From NCBI RefSeq assembly GCF_964355755.1, contig NC_092672.1:11160001-11224000 (forward strand): DNA of 64,000 nt, given 5' to 3'. The notes below the pieces were generated by a model that searched no databases, was not told the origin of the DNA, and saw only the letters and a program-made list of their open reading frames with translations. The translations under genes were made by a program, and so were the position numbers. Shown piece after piece: positions 22,276 to 36,323 of this stretch; position 1 is the first letter of the stretch; each line of letters opens with the position of its first letter. The stretch comes from Antedon mediterranea. Taxonomy: Eukaryota > Animalia > Echinodermata.

Positions 22276-25200
22276 ATGATGTCACAGATTTGGAAAACGT
22301 CTCCGCAATTTTTCATATGTTGCATTCTTATCATTGCCGAGTGTGCTTCATTTACTCAAGCACAGCAGGCGTTTGGTAAATTTGCAAATTCTTCTTTATG
22401 GTTAAAACGCAATTCTAACTCGGTCGTTACTGATCAAAACAGCAACATTACAGAAGAAAAGAGTGGCATTGAATTTACGAAAGATGTATCTAATGGAACG
22501 CATAGCCGTCATAAACGTTATATTCAGAACAAATCTTACTGGGCAAATTGGGGACCATGGAGTGAATGTTCCGAGAGCTGCAGTGATAGTTATCGCACCA
22601 GAGAAAGAGGTTGTCGTAATAATGACGGTGTAGACCCAGCTACCAACAGAGAATATATGTGCCCAGGAAAAGGTCAGCAAGTTAAAACTTGTACAGATCC
22701 CTCATGTCCAGATAAAGGGGAGGTAGGAGAATCCGAATATCAAAGGTTGTTACGTATAAGCAATAAAAGAAATTCGGAGGCACGTAAGAGATGGACAAAA
22801 CGCGTGTCAGAAATCAGAGCACCACAAGACGGAAAACGCTATAATTCATACAAGAAGCCAATTCCTAGTAAGTAATAACCTTTCAGGCAGCAAAATAAAT
22901 TACATTTTCACACGTCCAATCAAATAACGTCATGATCAGTAAGTGCAATGATATCGTAACAATACAACGATGTTATTGCTTTTATTGATCATGAAGTCAT
23001 TTGGTCAGATTGTTAAAAATACTATTATCAATGACAGCATAAATGATTATCCTATAGGGCCTAGGCCTAGGCCTAGTTTAAAAACAAAAAATTTTTCCAA
23101 TTTATTTTGTTTTATGTAAGAACAAGGTCATATACATGGCCGCAGTCGTGCGCTAAAGTAATGTTTACCAACCAACCGACCGACATAGTGAGCTGTAGAT
23201 TCGCGTTGCACGTAACTAAAAATGTATGTTTATCTATTTATCGTCCATTGTTATCGTCCTAGTGTAAATTGGCCTTAAATCTAAAATATTTCAGAGAATC
23301 CTATCCTATAGATTATTATTTTATTATGTAGGATCCCAAATGACTGGCCTTTATGGGAATGGACAACTAGTGTTAGAAAAAGGACAGATGAAAGGTGGTC
23401 GATGGACAGTTTGGATGTCATGGGGAAGGTGTAGCAAGACATGTCTTGGTGGCACACGTGAAAGATATCGTACATGCTTGACACCGGATATGAAAATCTC
23501 ACTAACTTGTCGTGGTGAATTCATAGAAAGAACTGACTGCGAGTATGTAGAGTGTGCAGAAGCAAAAGAAACGGCGAGACTGAAACGTAAGTAATATGAA
23601 TAATGTTTGTGTAAGATTGAACTTTCCTACTAAAAAAAACACATTGTATTAATAAACTAAAGTAAAGATTACCGAAATTAAATAACGTTAGGACCGGTAG
23701 AACTTAGATGAGGAAAATATCTATCGTGTTCCACTAGGTGAATTTGTTTGCGCGGAGCGAACGCATCAGCTTACACGCATGCGTATTAATGTTTGCATCT
23801 TCTAAATCCCTTTCTACGCATGCGTATAAGCTGATGCTTTCAAATCGTGCCAAATTCGCCTAGTGGAAAATAGGCTTAACATGCTTAATTTATTTATTTA
23901 TTTCTCAATTCAAACGCAAATTAGACGTATTTTCCTAATATATAAAGTTTGTGTTTGGAAGTAAACACATAGGCCTAGTTTGTTAATAGAACGATAAATA
24001 TGAATACATCTTGGAATAAATTTGTTTCTTAAATCATGTACATTGTAAAATAAAATGAAATTCATCTTCAACAATATTATCTTTACACGTTCTACTATAC
24101 CTTTCTTTGTTTGTATCAAACCTGTTAGTGGCGGTAATTATCGTTGTTGGTTTCTATGTAATAAAAAAAAACCTTCCCATCTCCCCTTTTCAATTTCAAG
24201 CTCTAATATCCCTAAACGTAAATTAGTCAATCATTTTCTTGTTTAAAATTAATGATATTGGCCAAATGATAACTTAAAATTATTTATTTTCTTTAAAGAG
24301 AAAAGAATCTTAACTTATGATGTAAACTAAATTTTTGAATGAATTTTTGTTTTTCAATATCACATATCGTAACTTTTACTATTAACACATGTAACCAAAT
24401 ATAACCAAAACCAGTATAAACAAGGCCATATACATGGCTGTAGTCGCGTGCTCAAGTTAGTGTTTACCGACTAACCGACCGACCAACATAGTGAGCTGTA
24501 AAACCGCGTTGCACGCGTCTAAAAATAAAACTGATTGACCTGTTGTGGCCAACAATTTGCATTACGATTAACTTTTCTAAGTTGAACCTCATAGCACTTG
24601 AAAATAAATCTATCATGATCTAAAGTAATAATAATATGTAACCAAAATCTTACAAAAAAAGTGGTAACCTACCAAACTCGGAAGTAACACTAACAGCGGC
24701 ATTTGGTGCATTTTTTCAAACTTGCAATAAATATCTTCACAATTTAGATTTTTTAATAATGTTTGTGCTGTCTGACATTCCCCAGATTTTGCTTCCATGA
24801 ATTTAAAATAGGAAGTTTACACATCAAAAATATGGTTCATGTATTCATTGGTAGTCCTAATAACTGTTTTTCAAAGTCATTTTCCTCCCAAAATGTGTCC
24901 ATGGTTTGGCTTAGATAAATGTCAAACTAGGAATACTTACTTTTAACAAACTGTTACAGCAAGAATGTAGGCATATTATACTTATTTATAACAACTTTCG
25001 CAAAACACAAGGGATGCTTCTTTTCGAACTGAATGCATGCTGTACATTTTGTGTGAGTTGCTACTAAATTGTACGTTTCAGACAACTTGGTGGAAGCGTA
25101 GAAATGTCGCAATTCGTAGACTTTGTTTAAAATCATTGTTACAACATGTACAATTTTTCCCGTGTTAATGCCTGTAAGAATGGTATTTTTTTGTAGAATT

Positions 25201-27810
25201 TCGTCTGTTTATAATTGGTATCAACTGTGTTTGTCAAAATCCTGGATTAGATATCTTTTGTTGTATCTTTCCTAAGTTTAAGTATATTATTGTCCATGAA
25301 TAAGTTAACCCTGCTGCCAATCTATAGATTAGGTTAACTTTTAGGCTTTTCTTTTGTTATATTTATATCTATATTTTCATCCTGTAATTGTTGTATACAC
25401 TGCTGGATGGGAAAAACTAAGACACAAAATAAGAAAATACAAAAAAGAAATTCCATGCCAACTTGACATATTTTGCTAACGAGGAAAATACTATCAAAGA
25501 TGCGATCAAAGCACCATTTAGAAGACAATAAACAATGCAAAAACGATAAATATTAACAACAGTCTGAATTAATCATCGCTCACTCAACTAACATTTAACC
25601 ATGTTTGTCTTTGTATATTATAGGCCTACTTCTGTTCCTTTAGTTTAGTACCCTACTAAACAAGAGCATACTACGACCTTAAATAATACTTTATTGTTGT
25701 TCTCATTTAGGATTAAAACATAATCCCATACCGTCAATGAGTGGTGGACCATCTGATGAACTATTGAAAAAGATCGTAAGAGGAGAAAAAATTGATGTCA
25801 ACTGGGGGAAGTGGGGTTCATGGGGAGGATGTTCTGCGTCATGCGAGACTGGAGAACGAACACGCTATAGGATGTGCAAGACACTCGAAGGAGAAGTTGC
25901 CCCTGGTTGTGAAGGCAAGGAGATGGAAACTGGTAATTGCAATGCAATGTCATGCAAGGGAGCAAAACGAAACATATACAGTGGATTGGTATTCGGTAAG
26001 TTATTTGCGTAAAACAATGTTTAGTTAATCAATGATAGGTGGTCGTTTTATTTTGCGGGGTCGTTAATACCTGGTGGACATATGTGGTGGTGGTGGTTGA
26101 TCATCGTAGGTTTGTATCATATCCTGTAGAGTGTTGTTATTTTTGTAATCGTCAGACACATTTATAATGTTTGAAAGATTTGTTGCGAGACGATACGTTA
26201 TATCAAAGCAACAGGGGAATAGAGAACGCAGCATACGCCGCTCGTATAGCCAATTAATACCTTGGGTCTATAGAATAGGCCTAGCTAGACAGGTTTACTC
26301 ATGCATATTGGATGTTAAATAGGTAGAGCATATTGCGATAAACAATTATTATTGTTTGGCTTAATTAAAAACATAAATTAAATTTTATCATTTGTTTTCG
26401 TAATTATTTTGAAGAATTATAAGGTTTATTCTTCCATGTTCTACCCGTCATTCAACGTTTTCCATTGACGATATTTCTTTCAGAATTAATAAGCAGAGCC
26501 ATAATATATAAAGAGTTACGACATTGGGTTAAAGTCACATGATAACACTAGAGCAAAATGTGTCAGAATTTTCTCCACCGATGCATGTAAAGTATAGGAG
26601 AAACACAATATTTTAAAGATTTTCATTATTTAAATTTAATTGCAAATTTGATGTTTCTCGACGCACGTAACTAAAGTTGTTCGTAATGCTTGAGCACGCG
26701 CAGATCTATTTGTTTACAAAGTGGGCGGAGCTTGTGTGCTGCTGCATGTTGAGAAATAGCGTTAAAGTTAACGTTTACGTGCACCCTATTGTTAACTTTC
26801 TTTAATTTCGTATATTATTTATCTTTACCCTAGACTTTAGTGATTCAGAAGGTGTCAACATTCGTCAAAAGACATCGCCCAAGTCAAAGAGTAGTCCTTA
26901 CAATCAAGGAGATGCTCCCAAACTTCCATCTATTGCGAGTTCACCAAGGAAGTCTTCCAGTCCGTATAGCGCAGGTGATGCTCCTAAGGTTCCACCAAAG
27001 TATAACGCCAGGAGTAGACCATCAGGTCCATACAGCCAAGGAGATGCTCCTAAACTTCGACCCATCTCCAGTTCACCAAGGAAATCTTATGGTCCATATA
27101 GCGCAGGCGATGCGCCTAGAGTTCCTCCAAAGTATAACGCCAGGAGTAGACCATCAGGTCCATACAGCCAAGGAGATGCTCCTAAACTTCGACCCATCTC
27201 CAGTTCACCAAGGAAATCTTACGGTCCATATAGCGCAGGCGATGTGCCTAGAGTTCCTCCAAAGTATAACGCCAGGAGTAGACCATCAGGTCCATACAGC
27301 CAAGGAGATGCTCCTAAACTTCGATCCATCTCCAGTTCACCAAGGAAGTCTTACGGTCCATATAGCGCAGGCGATGCGCCTAGAGTTCCTCCAAAGTATA
27401 ACGCCAGGAGTAGACCATCAGGTCCATACAGCCAAGGAGATGCTCCTAAACTTCGACCCATCTCCATTTCACCAAGGAAATCTTATGGTCCATATAGCGC
27501 AGGCGATGCGCCTAGAGTTCCTCCAAAGTATAACGCCAGGAGTAGACCATCAGGTCCATACAGCCAAGGAGATGCTCCTAAACTTCGACCCATCTCCAGT
27601 TCACCAAGGAAATTTTACGGTCCATATAGCGCAGGCGATGCGCCTAGAGTTCATCCAAAGTATAACGCCAGGAGTAGACCATCAGGTCCATACAGCCAAG
27701 GAGATGCTCCTAAACTTCGACCCATCTCCAGTTCACCAAGGAAGTCTTACGGTCCATATAGTGCCGGTGATGCGCCAAGGGTTCCTCCAAAATATAACGC
27801 GAATAATTAG
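22276..27810 (+). CDS. Secreted TSP1-repeat protein, paralog A, ~702 aa; exons 22276-22867, 23332-23586, 25711-25995, 26834-27810
   Basis: Hydrophobic signal peptide, RHKR furin site, three WxxWxxWxxCSxxC...RxRxRxC TSP1 domains on phase-1 exons, then ~7 44-aa repeats ending at TAG 27810; AATAAA at 27894. Confidence 0.85.
23120..23223. mobile_element. Short Helentron/HINE-like non-autonomous element; second copy 24419-24525
   Basis: ACAAGG..ATATACATGG start, (CCGA)n/(CCAA)n core, terminal hairpin-like CGCGTTGCACG then AAAAA; two copies in paralog A introns. Confidence 0.5.
26908..27800 (+). repeat. Coding 132-bp tandem repeat (2 x 66-bp subunits), ~7 copies
   Basis: Encodes GDAPKLRPISSSPRKSYGPYSA-GDAPRVPPKYNARSRPSGPYSQ; period checked 27001 to 27133. 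Confidence 0.97.
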
Positions 27811-28639
27811 AAAAAATACCATTATACATACAAGTTACAAAATTTAAAATCTATATAAACCCATTTTGATAATTATCTTACAGGGAGAATTACAATAAAA
27901 TGTTTGTGATTCGTTAGTTCAAAGAATGTTCAATATAATACAGTAATTGCACTTCAATCAAATGTAGTTACTTCACAGCTAATATACCAGAAAAAATAAA
28001 TTCTTCCTTTTCATTATTTCTTTTTATTTGGTTTGTTCTAAAATAACACTACTACAGATTTGGTCAATAGTTGTTAAAATGCTTCCTGATGAAATACTGA
28101 CGGTATAAATAAAAACCATACACATATAGAGTACATATAGTAAGCTATAGAGGTAAATACCTTCTTTAGATGTTTAAAACAAAAGGTATCATAGCCTATC
28201 CTGGGCATTTTAATCTGAATCAAGTGTGGTTATATGCCTATTTTAGCTATGGCTAGGTCTGGTGGTGGTACAAATAATATCATTCGATGAAAGATAAAAG
28301 GTCATATTATTCTCACTCAGCTATCTTTTATTTTTCACCTCTTGAATTGATTTGTACCATCACACTCATAATTAAATCATTAATAATTTAATAATATTAA
28401 ACAGACGTGTGATATTTTAAAGTGATTTAGGCCAAAAAAGTACTTAAATTACAGTACCTTTAGAACGTTTGTATGATTTTAATTAAAATGGAGGGAACAA
28501 CTCTACAATTACAATCAGTTTCAGTTGCCAGGCGGCGTTTCGTTCGTAAAGCTGCCTTTCAGGTCTAGAGTAGACCTAGCTATTTCTAGGATTATTTGGT
28601 TGATATAATTAACAGTTGAAGTGGTATAATATACAAATA

Positions 28640-29130
28640 ATGAATGTTTATAATGAGTGTAATAGTGGTACAAATAATGCAACGCCGAGTTGATATTTAA
28701 CCTTTCATCATTCACCAAAAGCCATTATTTGTACAAGTACACTCATATAATTCATTATTTGTTTTATGTAACATCTAAATAGATTCCTGTCATTTGAATC
28801 AAATAAAAGGTGGCCCTAGCCAAGGCCTACATTTCATTCACATTGATTAAAACAGTAACATTTGGTTTTTAATATTATATTAAATCTTATATTTATATGG
28901 ATTTTATAAACACACCTACTTTAGGACAGACAATTGGAACTTATCTAGGCTAATTATAGTTTTTCCTAAGATTCCACGTCCTGTAGAGATGTTCACATTA
29001 ATTAATCAAAATCCTACACACGATATAATGTTAATTTAAAATGCCTTTTGATCTAAATTAGGCCCCTAGTACAGAAATGTACTCCGATCGCGAAAACATT
29101 CAAATCGCCGCGAAAGTACAAAATATGTTG
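28640..29130. repeat. Dispersed repeat, inverted copy at ~45990-46695 (possibly Crypton-like non-autonomous)
   Basis: Long reverse-complement similarity, e.g. CACATTGATTAAAACAGTAACATTTGGTTTTTAAT; the second copy has an AACTCGGCTTCGCCTCG hairpin motif. Confidence 0.7.
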
Positions 29131-29876
29131 TTGTATTTCTTAAGTTAAGGTGTGGCATGAAATGTCTAACCTGCTTCTGCTTAATTTTAAGCGTCTTCAT
29201 CTCATTTGTTTCCAAAATTGTATTAATAATAAGTAATTTTTATTCTGCTGGTTAATGATCGTTTTATTTGTATATTGCAAAATTTTAATCGTAAGTTTTT
29301 ATAATGTACGGCGCTCGGAGGCCGGATTTATCAAACTTGCTTCTTAGCAAAAAAATCGTCTTTCCTTTGCCTTAAAACCTTGATCTTGCTAATTAAGTCA
29401 GATTTATTATTATATCTACGCAAAAATAGGCAAATTTTCTTAATTTTATCTTAAACCTAATACGAACCTCCCTCTTTCTTCTATAAAACAATCTTAACTG
29501 ATAGTCTTAACTCCCCGATTAAAGGGCCTTTCACACCTGTTCCGGCATGGTTCCGGTCCGGCGAATCGAACGCCAATAGAGAGTTTACGAAACACGACGG
29601 AGAGGGACGACGACGGATTACCAGTGCGCGCTGATGCGTGAAAAGCTGGTTGTCGTCCACTTTAAAAAGTTCATTTACGATACGCGATGGGACGACGACG
29701 TCGCCATTAGGCGCAGGAGCCCCGGATAGCGTTACGTTTGAAAACCCCAAAAAGTGAGGTTTTCAACCATTAGCGGCATGACTGATGTGAGTGATTAATG
29801 TGTTTTACGGACGGTTTCAAGGACTATCCTACCAGTGGGCTGTTCACTGGTCAAATGATTGACACTTTGTATCACC

Positions 29877-29952
29877 GTTTGTAACTGGAGCTGTGACGAC
29901 CTTTGTAACTGGAGCTGTGACGACCTTTGTAACTGGAGCTGTGACGACCTTG
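29877..29952. repeat. 24-bp tandem repeat x3
   Basis: TTTGTAACTGGAGCTGTGACGACC. Confidence 0.9.
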
Positions 29953-30789
29953 CAAGAATACTAGGCCAGAATTTTTAATTGAAAAGTGCCTTGGTATTAA
30001 CAATAACATGGAGATGGAAACAAATTTGTCTATCTTTCTTTCTAAAATAAATGGTCACTATAGTTTCAAACTAGGCTTAGTCCACCACATTAGTAATTAC
30101 GAATCGAAACCTACATTAAAATTGTTGGTATTCTTTGGCCGTTGTTTGATTAATTACATCTTCATGCCATGTTTTTTTTCTCTAATGATTTGGCGATACG
30201 CTCCTATATTAATTAGGCCTACTAGCAGAGGGTTCGATGAGTTTTGAAAAGTTATGGAAATGTGGTCTAACATATAGCAATTCAGTTTTTTAAGGCCTTT
30301 CTTCCTTGTCCGAGCCTTTGGAAATATTAAAAAGTTATATTAATATAATATATTCTGTGTTTTCATGTTTTGAGAAATTGTATATCATTTCAGATGTTTC
30401 GCGCTGCGCTTTTATTTGTTTCGCGCTTCGTCTTGTTCGAGCTTCCTCCGTACATACCGATAATTAATATGATTTTTCATTTCATTTTTTGTACATTATT
30501 AAAAAATAGCATACAGAACCCCATACAGAACATACCCTTCTCTGAGAAAACACTTGTGGGCGATTCCCCGAATACGACATGATGGAATAGCTTTGGAGAC
30601 TTTGACTTTGGAGTAGGCCTAAATCGAAACGTCAAGCAACTCAACAGTTCTTTTCAGAACTAATATAGGCCTACGTGGTGTACCGCAAATTTATATCAAC
30701 AAATATGTAACTTATTTAGCACGTTTAAAATGGATAGCAAAACATATTAAAAAAAAAACCTGAATTATTTCAAACAGACAGCACATTAG

Positions 30790-32210
30790 TTCAAACGGAT
30801 AGCACAATAGATAGCTCAATCAAATGGATATAACTATGATATAACTGTACTGTGCATTCTATACGGATTATCGGGTAGCACATTCTTTCAAATGGATAGC
30901 ACATTCTTTCAAATGGATAGCACATTCTTTCAAATGGATAGCACATTCTTTCAAATGGATAGCACATTATTTCAAATGGATAGCACATTAGGTAGCACAA
31001 TCAAATGGATATAGTACTGTACATTATTCTATGATTATCGGGTAGCACATTCTTTCAAATGGATAGCACATTAGGCCTATTTCAAATGGATAGCACATTC
31101 TTTCAAATGGATAGCACATTATTTCAAATGGATAGCACATTATTTCAAATGGATAGCACATTAGGTAGCACAATCAAATAGATATAGTACTGTACATTAT
31201 TCTATAAGGATTATCGGGTAGCACATTATTTCAAATGGATAGCACATTATTTCAAATGGATAGCACATTAGGTAGCACAGTCAAATGGATATAGTACTGT
31301 ATTATTCTATACGGATTATCGGGTAGCACATTCTTTCAAATGGATAGCAAATTATTTCAAATGGATAGCACATTCTTTCAAATGGATAGCACATTATTTC
31401 AAATGGATAGCACATTATTTCAAATGGATAGCACATTAGGTAGCACAATCAAATGGATGTAATTGTACTGTACATTATTCTATACGGATTATCGGGTAGC
31501 ACATTCTTTCAAATAGCACATTATTTCAAATGGATAGCACATTATTTCAAATGGATAGCACATTGGGTAGCACAATCAAATGGATATAGTACTGTACATT
31601 ATTCTATAAGGATTATCGGATAGCACATTATTTCAAATGGATAGCACATTAGGTAGCACAATCAAATGGATATAATTGTACTGTACATTATTCTATAGCC
31701 TACGGATTATCGGGTAGCACATTCTTTCAAATGGATAGCACATTAGGTAGCACAGTCAAATGGATATAGTACTGTACATTATTCTATAAGGATTATCGGG
31801 TAGCACATTCTTTAAAATGGATAGCACATTAGGTAGCACAATCAAATGGATATAGTACTGTACATTATTCTATACGGATTATCGGGTAGCACATTCTTTC
31901 AAATGGATAGCACATTGGGTAGCACAATCAAATGGATATAGTACTGTACTGTACATTATTCTATACGGATTATCGGGTAGCACATTCTTTCAAATGGATA
32001 GCACATTCTTTCAAATGGATAGCACATTATTTCAAATGGATAGCACATTAGGTAGCACAATCAAATGGATATATGTAATTGTACTGTACATTATTCTATA
32101 CAGATTATCGGGTAGCACATTCTTTCAAATGGATAGCAAATTATTTCAAATGGATAGCATGGATTTGGGTAGCACAATCAAATTGAGCACATTGGGTAAC
32201 ACATTGCATC
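30790..32210. repeat. 21-bp satellite with higher-order organisation
   Basis: Monomer TTCAAATGGATAGCACATT(C/A)T in runs of 1-5, punctuated about 11 times by a longer cassette (...AGGTAGCACAATCAAATGGATATAGTACTGTACATTATTCTATACGGATTATCGGG). Confidence 0.95.
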
Positions 32211-33913
32211 AAATGGGAGCCTACTGTACAGTTATTCTATTGAATTGAATTGAAATATATATTTATACTGGGTAACCTCTTCAGTCAAAGACTGGTCTCC
32301 CAGCGGGCCCAGTTGGTGATCAGTGGCTGTGATGTACTAATACACCGGGGTAACCCCCCACTCGTCTCGAAAGATGTACTAGGTTCTTTAAAGTACACAC
32401 GAGCTAGATGTGTATTCTATTATCGGGTGTAGCACATTAAAATTGAGAGGATAAGATGGACATCATAATTTATTATTAAGGGGCAAAACAGCAAATCCTT
32501 ACTGAGGGGACACTCCTATAAAGCGGACATTAAGGGGACGGGGAACATTTAAGCTCAGTGCCAATGTTCACTCAATATATTTTCCATCACAAAATAACAA
32601 AAAAGACGAAATATTTATATCCATTTATCGTTATTAAATAAAAATGGATATCATGATAATTATGATACTTTGTTTGTCTTGAAAGTTTTCATTGGTGAAA
32701 CGTTGCCTGCTACATTTTGAATTTCCGAGTCCAGATCAGTATTAGTATTGGTTTTCCGTGATCTATTCTAAGTTCTAACTAATGAAACAATTTTTAGAAA
32801 ATGATATATCTGATAGATATCATCTAAGTGATGTTTTACATATAAGTTATAACGTTTAACTTTTCATTCTCCATACATTCAATTCTTTTAATATAGTTCT
32901 TGTATAACACCATATCAAGTAGTAGTAGAAATTATTGTAGGGTTTTCTTATTATTCAGTCAATTCAGTGTTTCTATACAGAAAAGAGTAGTCAGTGGCCT
33001 TAACATCAATTAATTGTATAATTTGCACCCAAGGTCGAATAGCAAGAAACTCAGGTCCAGTTACATTGGTGTTCATTGGTCAATAGGAAATGAACAGCAC
33101 ACTTATGGGTGGTGACAAAGTTTAGTTATTGATAAGTTGTCCTTGGGAAAAACACATTAGTTGGGTTGACCATGGGCTGACAGAGTTAACGACTTCGTAA
33201 CGCTATCCGGGGCTCCTGCGCCTAATGCGTCACGCTCGGCTTGATATGTTTGTAAACAATCATCATGGCGTTCGTACAAGATGCATTAAATATCGCACTT
33301 TACGATGATAATAATTGACCCTGAGGAGTATTTACTTTTGTATATATTTTAATAAATGCAATAATATAAATGTACAGTACAAAGATTACAATAATTTTTA
33401 TCTTGCATCGTACAATGACGACGAATGCAACGTGTTTTTCAGGTAAGTCACCACCAACCAATAATTAGTAGGGCCTAGTAAAGCCTATATTTTATGAAAT
33501 CAAATAGCTGATAGTAGGTCTAAATTCAATTGAATTTACGTCAATAAGTTCATTACTAATAAAAGTAGTGTAATTTGATAATTAAAAACAAAAATTAACT
33601 GCAAAACAGCAATTTTGCTGTTGTCTTCTACCAGACGACAACTGGGGCGGATTGCTATAAAACAGTCTTAACTGATGGTCTTAACTCCCCGATTAAAGCC
33701 GGCTTTATCAGATAGACGGTCTTATTAAAGCCAACCCTGTTAGACCATTGCTATAAAACGGTCTTACCCAAGACCGCGACGAGTATAGATGCACAAACAA
33801 CCAACTCATATTATAAAAAAAACTGAGGGCGCACTTTACGCGTATAATACCAAATAAGGTTATGTTCGTCACACTCGCTCAAATCACAATTCAGTTTGTA
33901 TGTACGTGTAAAA

Positions 33914-34947
33914 ATGAACGTGAATAAAAGAAGGCCGGCCTTTTCAGAAAGTGAAAAGATAGCATTAGTCGAGCTATTTAATGAATCGAAATCAATACTG
34001 CTCTCACAATTAAATGCGAATGTTACTGTTGAAATTAAAAGAAAGCAATGGGACATAATTTGTAACAGCATAAATGCAATTAATCCTGGAGTTCAACGAA
34101 CGCGAGAAGAAATAAAAAAAAAGTGGAAGAACTTAGTGGCGGAAGCCAAAAAGGATATCAATAAGGTAAAAACAAATCTTACTCATATATTTCCTTTTAA
34201 TAATATGTTTAATTAATACAATAATAAACAATAAACGCAGAAAATAATGGCTAGGTAGACTAGGCCTAGTATACCGGTAGCTGTGGTCACAAAGGTCTAC
34301 CTATATTATAGTATTAGGCATAGGCCTAAGTATAGGCTAATATTAAAGTATCTATAAGTCTAGAAAATGACATAATTAAGTCATATATGATAACGTGAAG
34401 TATTTAATTTAATTTTGTAGGTTAAACATCCAGGGACCGGCGGTGGTCCACCTCATACAATGAGCAAAATCAGTGAAATTATTTGTGACATCTATGGAGG
34501 ACTAAATAGTGCGATGTTTGTTGGTGTTTCGACAGGGTGTGAAACATATATAGAAACTGGTAGTAAGTTAAATCCCATTGTTATGATTAATTAAATTGAA
34601 TTAGGCCTATATTGTTATAAAAATAGGAAGTAAATGTTAACATTTTATTTTCAGGTAATGATGATGGTAAAGATGACTCAAATGATGTCATTCAATTACA
34701 ACCAACCACAACGACCCAGCAATTAAATGATCCGAATGAATGCGGTAACGCATCGTCAAAAAGGAAAAGAAATTTACAGGATGAATATATGGACTGGGGC
34801 GTCAAGCTGGCTAAGTCAACAATCCAAAAAAACAAAACTGAAAAAATCAAATTGAACGAGGAAATAAATAAATTAAAACTAGAGCAACAGAAATTAAATT
34901 TAGAAATTGCCATTTTAATGACGCAAGTTCATGTGATTGAACAATAA
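33914..34947 (+). CDS. Harbinger Myb/SANT-like DNA-binding protein, 228 aa; exons 33914-34165, 34421-34562, 34655-34947
   Basis: KRRPAFSESEKIALVE...KRKQWDIICNSINA...RTREEIKKKWKNL trihelix, then the TGGGPP motif and a C-terminal coiled coil; GT-AG introns, in frame. Confidence 0.9.
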
Positions 34948-35118
34948 TTTAATATTAATAATTTATACTGTATAATCAAATCAACCTTTTGTAAATACAA
35001 TAGTAATTTAATTAATTAAAATTAAAACCTAAATAATCAAACAGCACGGTATTTAAATCAATTGATTCATTGTGAGAATACGGTTTAAATAAAATATTTT
35101 TACATGTTAATATGAACT

Positions 35119-36323
35119 TTATGCATTGTCTTGTAATTCATGAGCAATCATATCCCTAACAATTCTCCCATTTGGTGCTACCGGTCCATTGTACACCTCA
35201 TCATTAACCATTATTTGCTGATCGTCTACCTCTTCGTCATCTATATCTGGGAGTTTTAGATCTCTAGCTATGTTATGTAATACCATCGTAGCAGCTATAA
35301 CAGCACATATTCTCTGGGGGGACATTCGGTTTTCCTCATGCATGGACCTGAACCTTCGTTTCCATACCCCTATTGTCCGTTCAACTATACTTCTTGTCAC
35401 CGCATGTATTCGATTGTACCTCTGTTGATGTGGATGGACAGGGTTAAAATATGGCGTTAATAAAAACGGCCGTAATGGATAACCCTTGTCACCAATTAAG
35501 TATCCGTCTACTTCCCCTCTCTCAAATATTGTGCACAATTCTGAATTCCGAAAAATACGTGAATCATGCGTCGCACCAGGCCATCTAATAACAGCATTTG
35601 TGAATTTCATTTCATGATTACAGACTACTTGTACGTTCAAACTATGGTATCCCTTCCTGTTGACGTACATAAATTCATTATCTTTTGGGGCCTGCATCCG
35701 AATGTGCGTACCATCGACAGCTCCAACAACATTTGGAAATCCAGCTTTTTCATGGAATCCAATTTTAGCACGCATAATTTCGTGGTTGTTGTTATGAAAG
35801 GTAACATATTGCCTTAGTTTGGCCTCAAATGCCAGAGAAACCTTTCTAATTATTCTACAAGCTGTCGATTCATGAATTCCTTTAAAAAAGGGGAAAAAGT
35901 TTTGTAAGACTATGTCCATTAAATTGTCATTTAAAATAATTATATAGGCCTATATATATAAAATACAGTAACGATTGCATTTTTATTACAATAAAACAAA
36001 TATCTAATAAATAATAGATTATGCGATAAAAAAGGACTACCTGCTATGTCACCAGATACATTATGCATCACCCCTGTAGCATAGAAACGGAGAGCTGTGC
36101 ACACTTGTAGAACTGGCGGAACCGAATGATTTTTATTTGATTGCCTTAAATGATTTATAATTAAATCTGTTAACATTAAAATTTCAGCGCGAGGAAATCT
36201 ATATTTTCTATACAGTTCATCGTCGTTATATGCATCCAAAGGATGTGTTCTATCACGGAAAATTCGTTCAATTCGTGGTCTTTCACGATCAATAATACCA
36301 AGGCCTATCATCGGCAACGCCAT
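35119..36323 (-). CDS. Harbinger (HARBI1-like) DDE transposase, 347 aa; exons 36323-36041, 35879-35119
   Basis: ALRFYATG, GFPNVVGAVDGTHI, YVNRKGYHSLNVQVVC, WPGATHDSRIF, LIGDKGYP, RSIVERTIGVWKRRF; all catalytic D/D/E present. Confidence 0.95.

Larger units (their letters stand above)
29705..33227. mobile_element. Unclassified TIR element carrying the satellite
   Basis: Perfect 32-bp TIR CATTAGGCGCAGGAGCCCCGGATAGCGTTACG; flanks CGTCGC / CGTCAC (6-bp TSD with one mismatch). Confidence 0.75.

Noticed and set aside
26840-27847. 335-aa and 297-aa (40231-41124) alternative-frame ORFs over the repeat exons
   Set aside because: Splice phase selects the GDAP frame; a repeat period divisible by 3 keeps shadow frames open
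30790-32210. CRISPR-like look of the repeat-plus-cassette array and its small ORFs
   Set aside because: Intervening cassettes are copies of each other, not unique spacers; no cas genes; eukaryotic context
35119-36323. Domesticated host HARBI1 gene
   Set aside because: Enclosed by TIRs and a TSD together with a Myb partner, so it is a transposon
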